Shown: piece after piece, positions 45,982 to 53,430 of the stretch
Layout: each line of letters starts with the position of its first letter
How positions within the stretch are numbered: position 1 is the stretch's first letter
From: an uncultured Solirubrobacterales bacterium
Lineage (GTDB): Bacteria > Actinomycetota > Thermoleophilia > Solirubrobacterales > 70-9
DNA length: 64,000 nt
Assembly (NCBI GenBank): GCA_963745915.1
Contig: CAVUZA010000001.1
Span: forward strand, 14,622 to 78,621
Direction: 5' to 3'
Program-made: the position numbers and the translations under genes
The notes under the pieces: generated by a model
What the model was told of the DNA's origin: nothing
Databases searched by the model: none
What the model saw: the letters and a program-made list of their open reading frames with translations, nothing else

Positions 45982-47084
45982 CACCACTCCCGGAAGCGGG
46001 TCTCGATCAGCGTGTCCTCCGCCCGCGGGTCGAGCGGCTCGGTGCGGCCGCCGCCGAGCAGGAGCGGGGCGACGAAGACGCGCGCCTCGTCGACCTGGCC
46101 GGCGGCGGCGAAGGCGGCGGCCAGGGTGCGGCCCCCCTCGAGCAAGAGGCTGGTGAGGCCGCGGCGGCCGAGCTCGGCGAGGGCGGCCTCGACCCCGTCG
46201 GCGACCAGCACCTCCGCCCCGGCGTCGCGCAGGGGCGCGGCGTCGGCCTCGGGCGCGACGACGACGAGCAGCGGCGACTCGTCCAGCGTCGCCAGCAGCC
46301 GCGAGTCGAGCGGCGTCCGCGCCCGGCGGTCGAAAACCACCCGCAGCGGCTGCCGCACCCCCGTCCCCCCCGTTCCGGTGCGCTTTTTGCTCTCCATAGG
46401 TACATAAGGCGCACCGGAAGCTTCGGGGCGGGCGGTTAGCAGCGGGTCGTCGGCGAGGACGGTGCCGATGCCGACCGCGATCGCGTCGGATTCGGCGCGC
46501 CAGCGATGGACCAGCTCGCGGCTGGGCTCGCCGGAGATCCAGGGCGAGTCGCCCGGCGCGGTGGCGGTCTCGCCGTCGAGCGAGATCGCCAGCTTCAGCG
46601 TCACCAGCGGCAGGCCGGTGCGGGCGTGCTTGCGGAAGGGCTGGTTGAGCAGCCGCGCGGCGCTCGCCTCCTCGCCCGCGGCCAGCTCGACCGCGACGCC
46701 GCCGTCGCGGAGGATGCCCGGTCCGCGGCCGGACGCCTTCTCGCTGGGGTCGTCGGAGGCGACCACGACGCGGGCGACGCCGGCCTCGAGCAGCGCCTCG
46801 GTGCAGGGCGGCTGGCGGCCGCTGTGGGCGCAGGGCTCGAGCGTCACGTAGATCGTCGCCCCGGCCGGGTCCGCGCCGCGCGCAGCGCAGTCGGCCAGCG
46901 CCGCGCGCTCGGCGTGCAGGCCGCCGAGCTCGGTGTGCCAGCCCTCGCCGATCGTCTCGCCGTCGCGGACGAGGACGGCGCCGACCAGGGGGTTGGGGCT
47001 GACCCGTCCCCGGCCGCGCTCGGCCAGCTCGAGCGCCCGCTGGAGATGCTCCCGATCAGTGCCTGTGAGCTGGGGATTCATCAT
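45981..47084 (-). CDS. ribD: Bifunctional diaminohydroxyphosphoribosylaminopyrimidine deaminase / 5-amino-6-(5-phosphoribosylamino)uracil reductase
   Basis: NPLVGAVLV, HAERAAL, TLEPCAHSGRQPPC, then the reductase half. Tandem ATGs at 47084 and 47081; the track start at 47099 is TTG. The gene contains the 47-nt element at 46373-46419. Confidence 0.92.
   Translation of the reverse strand: MMNPQLTGTDREHLQRALELAERGRGRVSPNPLVGAVLVRDGETIGEGWHTELGGLHAERAALADCAARGADPAGATIYVTLEPCAHSGRQPPCTEALLEAGVARVVVASDDPSEKASGRGPGILRDGGVAVELAAGEEASAARLLNQPFRKHARTGLPLVTLKLAISLDGETATAPGDSPWISGEPSRELVHRWRAESDAIAVGIGTVLADDPLLTARPEASGAPYVPMESKKRTGTGGTGVRQPLRVVFDRRARTPLDSRLLATLDESPLLVVVAPEADAAPLRDAGAEVLVADGVEAALAELGRRGLTSLLLEGGRTLAAAFAAAGQVDEARVFVAPLLLGGGRTEPLDPRAEDTLIETRFREW
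46373..46419. repeat. Family-2 47-nt palindromic element, embedded in frame in ribD
   Basis: TTCCGGTGCGCTTTTTGCTCTCCATAGGTACATAAGGCGCACCGGAA. Its termini match the copy at 54064-54110. It is a local AT-rich patch encoding SGAPYVPMESKKRTGT. Confidence 0.8.
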
Positions 47085-47099
47085 TGACTGACGAGTCAA
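47084..47099. promoter_or_regulatory. Palindrome TTGACT-GACG-AGTCAA abutting the ribD ATG in the ribD / glycosyltransferase divergent spacer
   Basis: Perfect 6+6 inverted repeat read directly from the sequence. The function (operator or promoter element) is not established. Confidence 0.3.
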
Positions 47100-47153
47100 T
47101 CAACAGCAGTCTACTGCCGCGCCGACTTCGGCTCCGGATACTCTGGCCGCGCG

Positions 47154-48140
47154 ATGAAGCTGATCGTCCAGATCCCCTGCCTCGACGAGGAGGCGACGCT
47201 GCCGGCGACGATCGCCGACATCCCGCGCCAGATCGACGGCGTCGAGGAGGTCGAGCTGCTGGTCGTCGACGACGGCTCGACCGACCGCACGGTCGAGGTC
47301 GCCCGCGCCCACGGGGTCGAGCACGTCGTCCGCCTGACCAACAACAAGGGCCTGGCGGCCGGCTTCCAGGCCGGGCTCGACGCCTGCCTGAAGCTGGGCG
47401 CCGACCTGATCGTCAACACCGACGCCGACAACCAGTACCGCGGCGCCGACATCCCCAAGCTGCTGGCGCCGATCCTCGCCGGCGAGGCCGACATGGTCGT
47501 CGGCGACCGCCGGGTCGGGCAGATCGAGCACTTCTCGGGCGCCAAGAAAGGGCTGCAGAAGATCGGCAGCCGGGTGGTCAACCGCCTCGCCGGCACCGCG
47601 GTCGAGGACACGACCTCCGGCTTCCGCGCCTACAACCGCGAGGCCGCCCTCGGGCTGCTCGTCGTCGACAACTTCACCTACACGCTGGAGAGCCTGATCC
47701 AGGCCGGCAAGATGCTGGTCGCCGTCGACCAGGTCGAGGTCGGCACCAACCCGCAGACCCGCGAGTCGCGGCTCTTCGACACGACCGGCGGCTACGTACG
47801 CCGCAACGCGCTCTCGATCGTGCGCATCTACGCCCGCTACGAGCCGCTGCGCGTCTTCGCCAGCGCCGGCCTGCTCGTCGGCCTGCTCGCCCTCGCCGCC
47901 TGGGCCCCCTTCCTGCTCGACTGGGTGCTGAACGGCGACAGCAGCGGCCACCTGCAGTCGCTGATCCTCGGCGCCGTGCTCTTCATCGCCGCGATCCAGC
48001 TCCTCGCCCTGGGAGTGATCGGCGACCTGCTCGCCGGCCAGCGGGTGATGACCCAGCGCGTCTTCGAGCGCGTGCGCCGGGTCGAGCTGGCGCTCGACGT
48101 GCCGCCCTCCCACTACGAGCGCGGCGCCGGCGAGCGGTGA
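47154..48140 (+). CDS. Family 2 glycosyltransferase, polyprenyl-phosphate sugar transferase type (DPM1/GtrB-like) with two C-terminal TM helices
   Basis: 328 aa. VVDDGSTDRT, NTDADNQY (DxD), and a C-terminal hydrophobic pair. Confidence 0.85.
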   Translation: MKLIVQIPCLDEEATLPATIADIPRQIDGVEEVELLVVDDGSTDRTVEVARAHGVEHVVRLTNNKGLAAGFQAGLDACLKLGADLIVNTDADNQYRGADIPKLLAPILAGEADMVVGDRRVGQIEHFSGAKKGLQKIGSRVVNRLAGTAVEDTTSGFRAYNREAALGLLVVDNFTYTLESLIQAGKMLVAVDQVEVGTNPQTRESRLFDTTGGYVRRNALSIVRIYARYEPLRVFASAGLLVGLLALAAWAPFLLDWVLNGDSSGHLQSLILGAVLFIAAIQLLALGVIGDLLAGQRVMTQRVFERVRRVELALDVPPSHYERGAGER

Positions 48141-49546
48141 TCGGGCGGGCGCGCAAGCTGCTGGGCGCCGGCCGCGGCGCCCAGCCCGGCGCTGGCTCGG
48201 CGAGCGCCGAGTACGGGCGCACGGCGAGCTTCCTCGCGGTCGGCGTCGGCCTCACCGGGGCGATCACCTACGTCTACTTCTTCGTCGCCTCGCACGTGCT
48301 CTCCGAAGTCGACTACGGCCAGATCGCGGTGCTCTGGTCGGCGGTCTTCATCACCATCTCGACCCTCTACCGGCCGGTCGAACAGCTGCTCTCCCGCCAC
48401 GTCTCCGAGCACCTGGCGCGGGGCGAGGAGATCGCCGGCACGACCCGCAACGCGGCGACGATCCAGCTCGGCCTGGCGCTGCTCTTCGCGGTCGCCGCCC
48501 TCGCCCTGCGCGGCCCGATCCAGGACGGCCTGCTGGAGGGCAACGAAACCCTCTACTGGGTCTACTTCTCCGCCGTCCTCTTCTACGCCGCCAGCTACTT
48601 CGCCCGCGGCTTCCTCGCCGGGGTCAAGCGCTTCGGCCTGTTCACGGCGCTGATCCTCTCGGAGTCCTGCTTCCGCACCCTGTTCGCGGTGCTGGTCGCG
48701 GTCAGCCTGCTCAGCGGCCAGTCCTGGGTCGCGGTCGGGATCGTCGCCGCCCCCTCGCTGAGCCTGATGGTGGTGCCGCTCGCCTTCGCCCGCCGCGCCC
48801 GCCAGGCGCCGCCGCCGGCCGCGGCGGCCAAGCCGGGCGCCTCGGTCTCGGTCGCCCACGGCAGCGGCTTCGCCGCCGCGGTGCTGGTCGTGATGTTCAG
48901 CGAACAGGCCTTCCTCAACGCCGGGCCGCTGGTCGTCCGCGCCCTCGACGGCGCCGCCGCCGCCGGCTTCATCTTCAACGTGCTGATGCTGGCGCGGGCG
49001 CCGCTGCAGCTCTTCCAGGCGGTCTCGACCAGCATCCTCCCCCACCTCACCAGCCTGCACACCAGCGAGGAGCCCGGCAGCGAGGTCGAGTTCCACCGCT
49101 CGGTGCGCGGCGTGCTGCTCGGCATCGCCGCCTTCACCGCGGTGATGGCGCTGGCGATCCTGCTCGCCGGCCCGCAGCTGATGCAGCTCGCCTTCAGCGA
49201 CAAGTTCGAATACGACCGGGCGGGCCTGCTGATCGTCGCCGCCGGCACCGGCCTCTACCTCTCCTCGGTCACCGTCAACCAGGCCTGCGTCGCCCAGGGC
49301 CAGGTGCGGCGCGCCGCCGCCCGCTGGATCGGCTGCGCGGCGCTGTTCATCGGCTGGAACTTCGTGCCCCTGGTCAGCGACGAGTTCCTCCGGGTCGAGA
49401 TCGGCTTCACCCTCGCCGCCGGGGCGCTGCTCTGCCTGCTCTACCTCGCCTACCGCAACCCCCACGAACGCCCCGAGGACGTGCCCGCCCCCGGCTCGGC
49501 CGAGGAACTCGAGCTGCGCCTCGCCGCGGTCGACGAGAACACGTAG
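48137..49546 (+). CDS. Polysaccharide/lipid-linked-sugar flippase-like polytopic membrane protein (MOP/Wzx-like, tentative)
   Basis: The GTG at 48137 overlaps the upstream TGA (GTGA). About 470 aa with ~12 predicted hydrophobic helices. The upstream part of track ORF 47084..49546 is an off-frame artefact. Confidence 0.7.
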   Translation: MIGRARKLLGAGRGAQPGAGSASAEYGRTASFLAVGVGLTGAITYVYFFVASHVLSEVDYGQIAVLWSAVFITISTLYRPVEQLLSRHVSEHLARGEEIAGTTRNAATIQLGLALLFAVAALALRGPIQDGLLEGNETLYWVYFSAVLFYAASYFARGFLAGVKRFGLFTALILSESCFRTLFAVLVAVSLLSGQSWVAVGIVAAPSLSLMVVPLAFARRARQAPPPAAAAKPGASVSVAHGSGFAAAVLVVMFSEQAFLNAGPLVVRALDGAAAAGFIFNVLMLARAPLQLFQAVSTSILPHLTSLHTSEEPGSEVEFHRSVRGVLLGIAAFTAVMALAILLAGPQLMQLAFSDKFEYDRAGLLIVAAGTGLYLSSVTVNQACVAQGQVRRAAARWIGCAALFIGWNFVPLVSDEFLRVEIGFTLAAGALLCLLYLAYRNPHERPEDVPAPGSAEELELRLAAVDENT

Positions 49547-49555
49547 GTTCGGGCG

Positions 49556-51352
49556 ATGGGCGGCCACGACGCGGAGCTGATCCTCGCCGCCGGCGCCCTG
49601 CTCGCGGCCGGCATCCTCGGCGCCCTGATCGCCGACCGGATGCGGATCCCCGGCCTGCTGCTCTTCCTCGGCCTGGGCATGCTGGCCGGCTCGGAGGCGA
49701 TCGGCGGGATCGAGTTCGACGACGCCGAGCTGGCCCGCACCCTGGGCACGATCGCGCTGGTGCTGATCCTCTTCGAGGGCGGCCTGACCGCGGGCTGGGG
49801 CGAGATCCGCCCGGTGCTCGGCACGGCGGCCTCGATGGCGACCCTCGGCACCGCGATCACCGCCTGCACGGCGGGCCTCGCCGCGCACTTGATCTTCGGC
49901 ATCGGCGTGCTCGAAGGGATGATCGTCGGCTCGGCGATCGCCGCCACCGACTCGGCCGCGATCTTCGCCGTGCTGCGCCGCTCGACCCTGAAGAAGCGCC
50001 TGGCGCGCTCGCTCGAGGGCGAGTCGGGGATGAACGACCCGGTCGCCCTGCTGCTCGTCATCGGCTTCATCGAATGGCTGCAGGACCCGGCCTTCGGCCT
50101 GCCCGAGATGGCCGGGCTGCTGGCGCTGAAACTGGCGCTCGGCGCCGCGGTCGGGGTGGCGATGGGACGGGTCGCGGTCGCCGCCCTGAGCAGGGTGCGG
50201 CTGCCGACCGACGGCATCTACCCGGTGGCGACGATCGCGATCGCCGGCCTCGCCTTCGGCCTCGCCGAGCTCGTCCACGGCTCCGGCTTCCTCGCCGTCT
50301 ACCTGACCGCGCTGGCGCTCGGCACGCCGCCGATCCCGGCCCGGCGGACGATCGTCGCCTTCCACGAGGGGGTCGGCTGGGTCGCCCAGATCGGCCTCTT
50401 CATCCTGCTCGGCCTGCTCGTCTTCCCCAGCGCCCTCGGCGACGTGGTCTGGGAGAGCCTGGCGCTCTCGGCGGTGCTGATCTTCCTCGCCCGCCCGCTC
50501 GCCGCCTTCGCCGCCACCCTGCTCTCGCCGCTCAACCTGCGCGAGCGGGCGATGCTGGGCTGGGCCGGGCTGCGCGGCGCGACGCCGATCTGGCTCGCCA
50601 CCTTCCCGGTCGTCGCCGGGGTCGGCGACGGCGAACTGATCTTCTCGGTCGTCTTCTTCGTCGTCGTCACCTCGACCCTGATCCAGGGCGCCAGCTTCGA
50701 GCCGCTGGCGACGCGGCTGGGGCTGACCACCGACGAGCCGGCGCTGCCGCGGCGGCTGCTCGAGTCGGGCCGCATCCGCCGCCTCGGTGGCGAGGTGATC
50801 GCCTACCGGCTGCGCCCCGGGGCGGCCGCCTCCGGCCACCTGGTGCGCGAGCTGGGGCTGCCGCGCGAGGCGCTGCTCAACGTCATCGTCCGCGACGGCC
50901 GGGCGATCCCGCCGCGCGGCTCGACCGAGGTGCGCGAGGGCGACGAGCTGCACATCCTCGTCCGCGGCGAGCTGCGCGCCGAGGTCGAGGAGTTGACCAA
51001 GCGCTGGCACGAGGGGCCGGTCGGGCGCCCGCCGCGGCCGATGCTGCCGCCGCGCGGCGCGCCACAGGTCTTCTCGGTCGGCCCGGCCGGGGAGATCGCC
51101 GACCCCTCGGCGCCCGAGGAGGTCAAGGGGATCGCCGTGGTCGCCGTGCTGCGCAGCCGCCGCGAGCGGCCCGCCGCCCTGGTCGCCCTCGCCGACGGCC
51201 GCTACGCGGTCACCTCGGAGTCGACCGTGGCGCTCGGCGACCGCCGTGCCCTGGCCCGCTGGTGCGAGCGCCGCGCCGGCCGCGCTGGCGACGACCCCGC
51301 CGAGCGGGCCTGGTGGCAGGAGATAATCGGCGCCCTGGTCGCCCGGGGCTGA
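49556..51352 (+). CDS. Monovalent cation:proton antiporter (CPA1/NhaP2-like) with a C-terminal TrkA-C-like domain and an extra ~100-aa tail
   Basis: 598 aa. TDSAAIFAVL, GESGMNDPVALLL, polytopic N-terminal 400 aa, then ...VREGDELHILVRGE (RCK-C-like). Confidence 0.88.
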   Translation: MGGHDAELILAAGALLAAGILGALIADRMRIPGLLLFLGLGMLAGSEAIGGIEFDDAELARTLGTIALVLILFEGGLTAGWGEIRPVLGTAASMATLGTAITACTAGLAAHLIFGIGVLEGMIVGSAIAATDSAAIFAVLRRSTLKKRLARSLEGESGMNDPVALLLVIGFIEWLQDPAFGLPEMAGLLALKLALGAAVGVAMGRVAVAALSRVRLPTDGIYPVATIAIAGLAFGLAELVHGSGFLAVYLTALALGTPPIPARRTIVAFHEGVGWVAQIGLFILLGLLVFPSALGDVVWESLALSAVLIFLARPLAAFAATLLSPLNLRERAMLGWAGLRGATPIWLATFPVVAGVGDGELIFSVVFFVVVTSTLIQGASFEPLATRLGLTTDEPALPRRLLESGRIRRLGGEVIAYRLRPGAAASGHLVRELGLPREALLNVIVRDGRAIPPRGSTEVREGDELHILVRGELRAEVEELTKRWHEGPVGRPPRPMLPPRGAPQVFSVGPAGEIADPSAPEEVKGIAVVAVLRSRRERPAALVALADGRYAVTSESTVALGDRRALARWCERRAGRAGDDPAERAWWQEIIGALVARG

Positions 51353-51396
51353 GGCAACTCCCGCCCACCGCCGCTGTTCCCCGGCAAGGGGCGGGG

Positions 51397-52485
51397 TCAG
51401 CCCGCTGCCAGCAGATCCTCGAGCCGCTCCAGCGCCGCGGTCTTGCCGATCGCGACCAGCACGTCGCCGTCGCCCAGCACGGTCTCGCCGCCCGGCTGCG
51501 GCTCGACCGTGCCGGGGTCGCGCCGCAGCGCCACCACGGTCGCCTCGCCGCGGACGGCGTCGATCGTCCGGCCGACCGCCTCGCAGCCCGCGGTCACCTC
51601 GATCTCCTCCATGCGGTACGCGGGGGCGACGTCGACGACGCCGGTCACCTGCGGGTGCAGGGCGAGGCGGACCATCTGCGAGCCGCTGGTCTTGTAGGGG
51701 GAAACTATGCGGTCGGCGCCGGCGCGGCGCAGCTTCTTTTCGGAGTCCTCGACGCTGGCGCGGGCGACGATCGTGATGTCGTCGCGCAGCTCGCGGGCGG
51801 TCAGGGTGATGAAGATGTTTTCGGCGTCGGAGTCGACGCAGGCCATCACCCCGGCCGCGCTCATGATCCCGGCCGTGCGCAGCACCTCGTCGTCGGAGGG
51901 CGAGCCCTCGACGAAGGGCGCGCCGACCGCATCGGCGTGCTCGCGGGTCTGCTCGGGGTTGTTGTCGAGGACGACGAACTCGCGCCCGGCGGCGCGAAGG
52001 TCGCGGGCTGCCTGACGGCCGACGCGGCCGAAGCCGCAGATGATCATGTGATCCTTCATCGCGTCGATCTGCTTCAGCGCCCTTCTCTCCTCGAGCAGGC
52101 CCGAGAGGTGGCCGGCGACGAAGAACTCGGTGACGGTGACGAGAGCGTAGAAGAGCGTACCCACCCCGAAGACGATCAGCCCGATCTTCACCACCTGGCC
52201 GGCGCTGTCGTCCGGCTCCCCAATCGAACCCACCGTGGCCACCGTGTCGAGTGCCCAGACGAAGCCGTAGCCGAGCGAGGCGCCCTCGGTGAGAACGAAG
52301 CCGAGCGTGCCGAGCGCGAGCAGGGCGAGGATCGCCAGCCCGAGCAGGGCCAGGCGCTCGATCAGCTCGAGCCGCTGCCGGCGCAGCTTCGCCCGGGCGC
52401 CGCCGAGGCCGGGATGGTCGGCGATCCGGCGCAGCCCGGAGCGGCTCGCCGCGAAGCCGGGGAGCCGATCGCGTTCGGGCGCCAT
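51397..52485 (-). CDS. Two-TM ion channel fused to an RCK (TrkA-N/TrkA-C) domain
   Basis: ATG at 52483-52485. Two TM helices flank the pore-like segment WALDTVATVGSIGEP. NAD-fold motif ICGFGRVGRQ. TrkA-C: ...GDGDVLVAIG. The upstream part of the track ORF is a Pro/Ser-rich artefact overlapping rpe. Confidence 0.85.
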   Translation of the reverse strand: MAPERDRLPGFAASRSGLRRIADHPGLGGARAKLRRQRLELIERLALLGLAILALLALGTLGFVLTEGASLGYGFVWALDTVATVGSIGEPDDSAGQVVKIGLIVFGVGTLFYALVTVTEFFVAGHLSGLLEERRALKQIDAMKDHMIICGFGRVGRQAARDLRAAGREFVVLDNNPEQTREHADAVGAPFVEGSPSDDEVLRTAGIMSAAGVMACVDSDAENIFITLTARELRDDITIVARASVEDSEKKLRRAGADRIVSPYKTSGSQMVRLALHPQVTGVVDVAPAYRMEEIEVTAGCEAVGRTIDAVRGEATVVALRRDPGTVEPQPGGETVLGDGDVLVAIGKTAALERLEDLLAAG

Positions 52486-52495
52486 GCGGTCCGCC

Positions 52496-53182
52496 TCAGA
52501 TGGCGCCGGCCGCTTTGGCGATCTCGGCGTAGGCGGCGGCCGGGTCGGCGGCGCCGAAGATCGCCGAGCCGGCGACGAAGAGGGAGGCGCCGGCGGCGGC
52601 GACCGAGCCGGCGGTGGCGGCGTCGATGCCGCCGTCAACCTCGATCCGGGCGTTGCCGGCCAGCTCGGCGAGGCGGGCGACCTTGTCGGGCGAGCCCTCG
52701 ATGAAGGCCTGGCCGCCCCAGCCCGGGTTGACGGTCATGCAGAGGACGACGTCGGCGAGGCCGCGCAGCTCGGCGACCGCCTCGACCGGCGTCCCCGGGT
52801 TGAGCGCGACCCCGGCCAGGCAGCCGAGCTCGCGGATCGCGGCCAGGGTGCGGTTGGCGTGCGGCGTCGCCTCGGCGTGGAAGGTGATCGAGTCTGCACC
52901 GGCGGCGGCGAAGGCCTCGAACTGGGTCTCGGGCCGGGCGACCATCAGGTGGACGTCGAGCGCCCCGCCGACGGCGTGGACGCGCTCGGCGATCGAGCCG
53001 GCGACCGCCGGCCCGAGCGTGATCGGCGGCACGAAGTGGCCGTCCATCACGTCGACGTGGATCACCCGGGCGCCGGCCGCGAGCACCTCGTCGACCTGCT
53101 CGCCGAGGCGGGCGAAGTCGGCCGAGAGGATCGAGGGCGCGACCCGGGGCGAGGCGAGCAGCTCCAGCATCCGCTCGCTCAT
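52496..53182 (-). CDS. rpe: Ribulose-phosphate 3-epimerase
   Basis: ATG at 53180-53182. SILSADF, HVDVMDGHFVP, MTVNPGWGGQ, VDGGI. Confidence 0.93.
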   Translation of the reverse strand: MSERMLELLASPRVAPSILSADFARLGEQVDEVLAAGARVIHVDVMDGHFVPPITLGPAVAGSIAERVHAVGGALDVHLMVARPETQFEAFAAAGADSITFHAEATPHANRTLAAIRELGCLAGVALNPGTPVEAVAELRGLADVVLCMTVNPGWGGQAFIEGSPDKVARLAELAGNARIEVDGGIDAATAGSVAAAGASLFVAGSAIFGAADPAAAYAEIAKAAGAI

Positions 53183-53430
53183 ACCGGCCTCAGCATCGAG
53201 CCGCCGCAGATCTGGCAGGTCATGTCCTCGGTGGAGCTCATCCGGGCGATGGTTTGGTGCTCGCCGCAGTCGGGGCACTGCGAGACGAGCTCGAAGCGGC
53301 GCAGACAGTACACGCAGCGCAGGCGGCCGGGCAGCTGGGTCGGGCGCAGCCAGGGCTCGCCGCAGCCCGGGCAGGGCGCCCGGCGCATGAAATCCCCCTC
53401 GCTGCCTCCCTCACTCATCGCGACCATCAT
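53179..53430 (-). CDS. Small Cys-rich zinc-ribbon protein
   Basis: CPGC...CVYC...CPDC...CQIC (four CxxC pairs). The stop overlaps the rpe ATG (ATGA). Start is uncertain (53430, 53418 or 53388). Confidence 0.6.
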   Translation of the reverse strand: MMVAMSEGGSEGDFMRRAPCPGCGEPWLRPTQLPGRLRCVYCLRRFELVSQCPDCGEHQTIARMSSTEDMTCQICGGSMLRPV

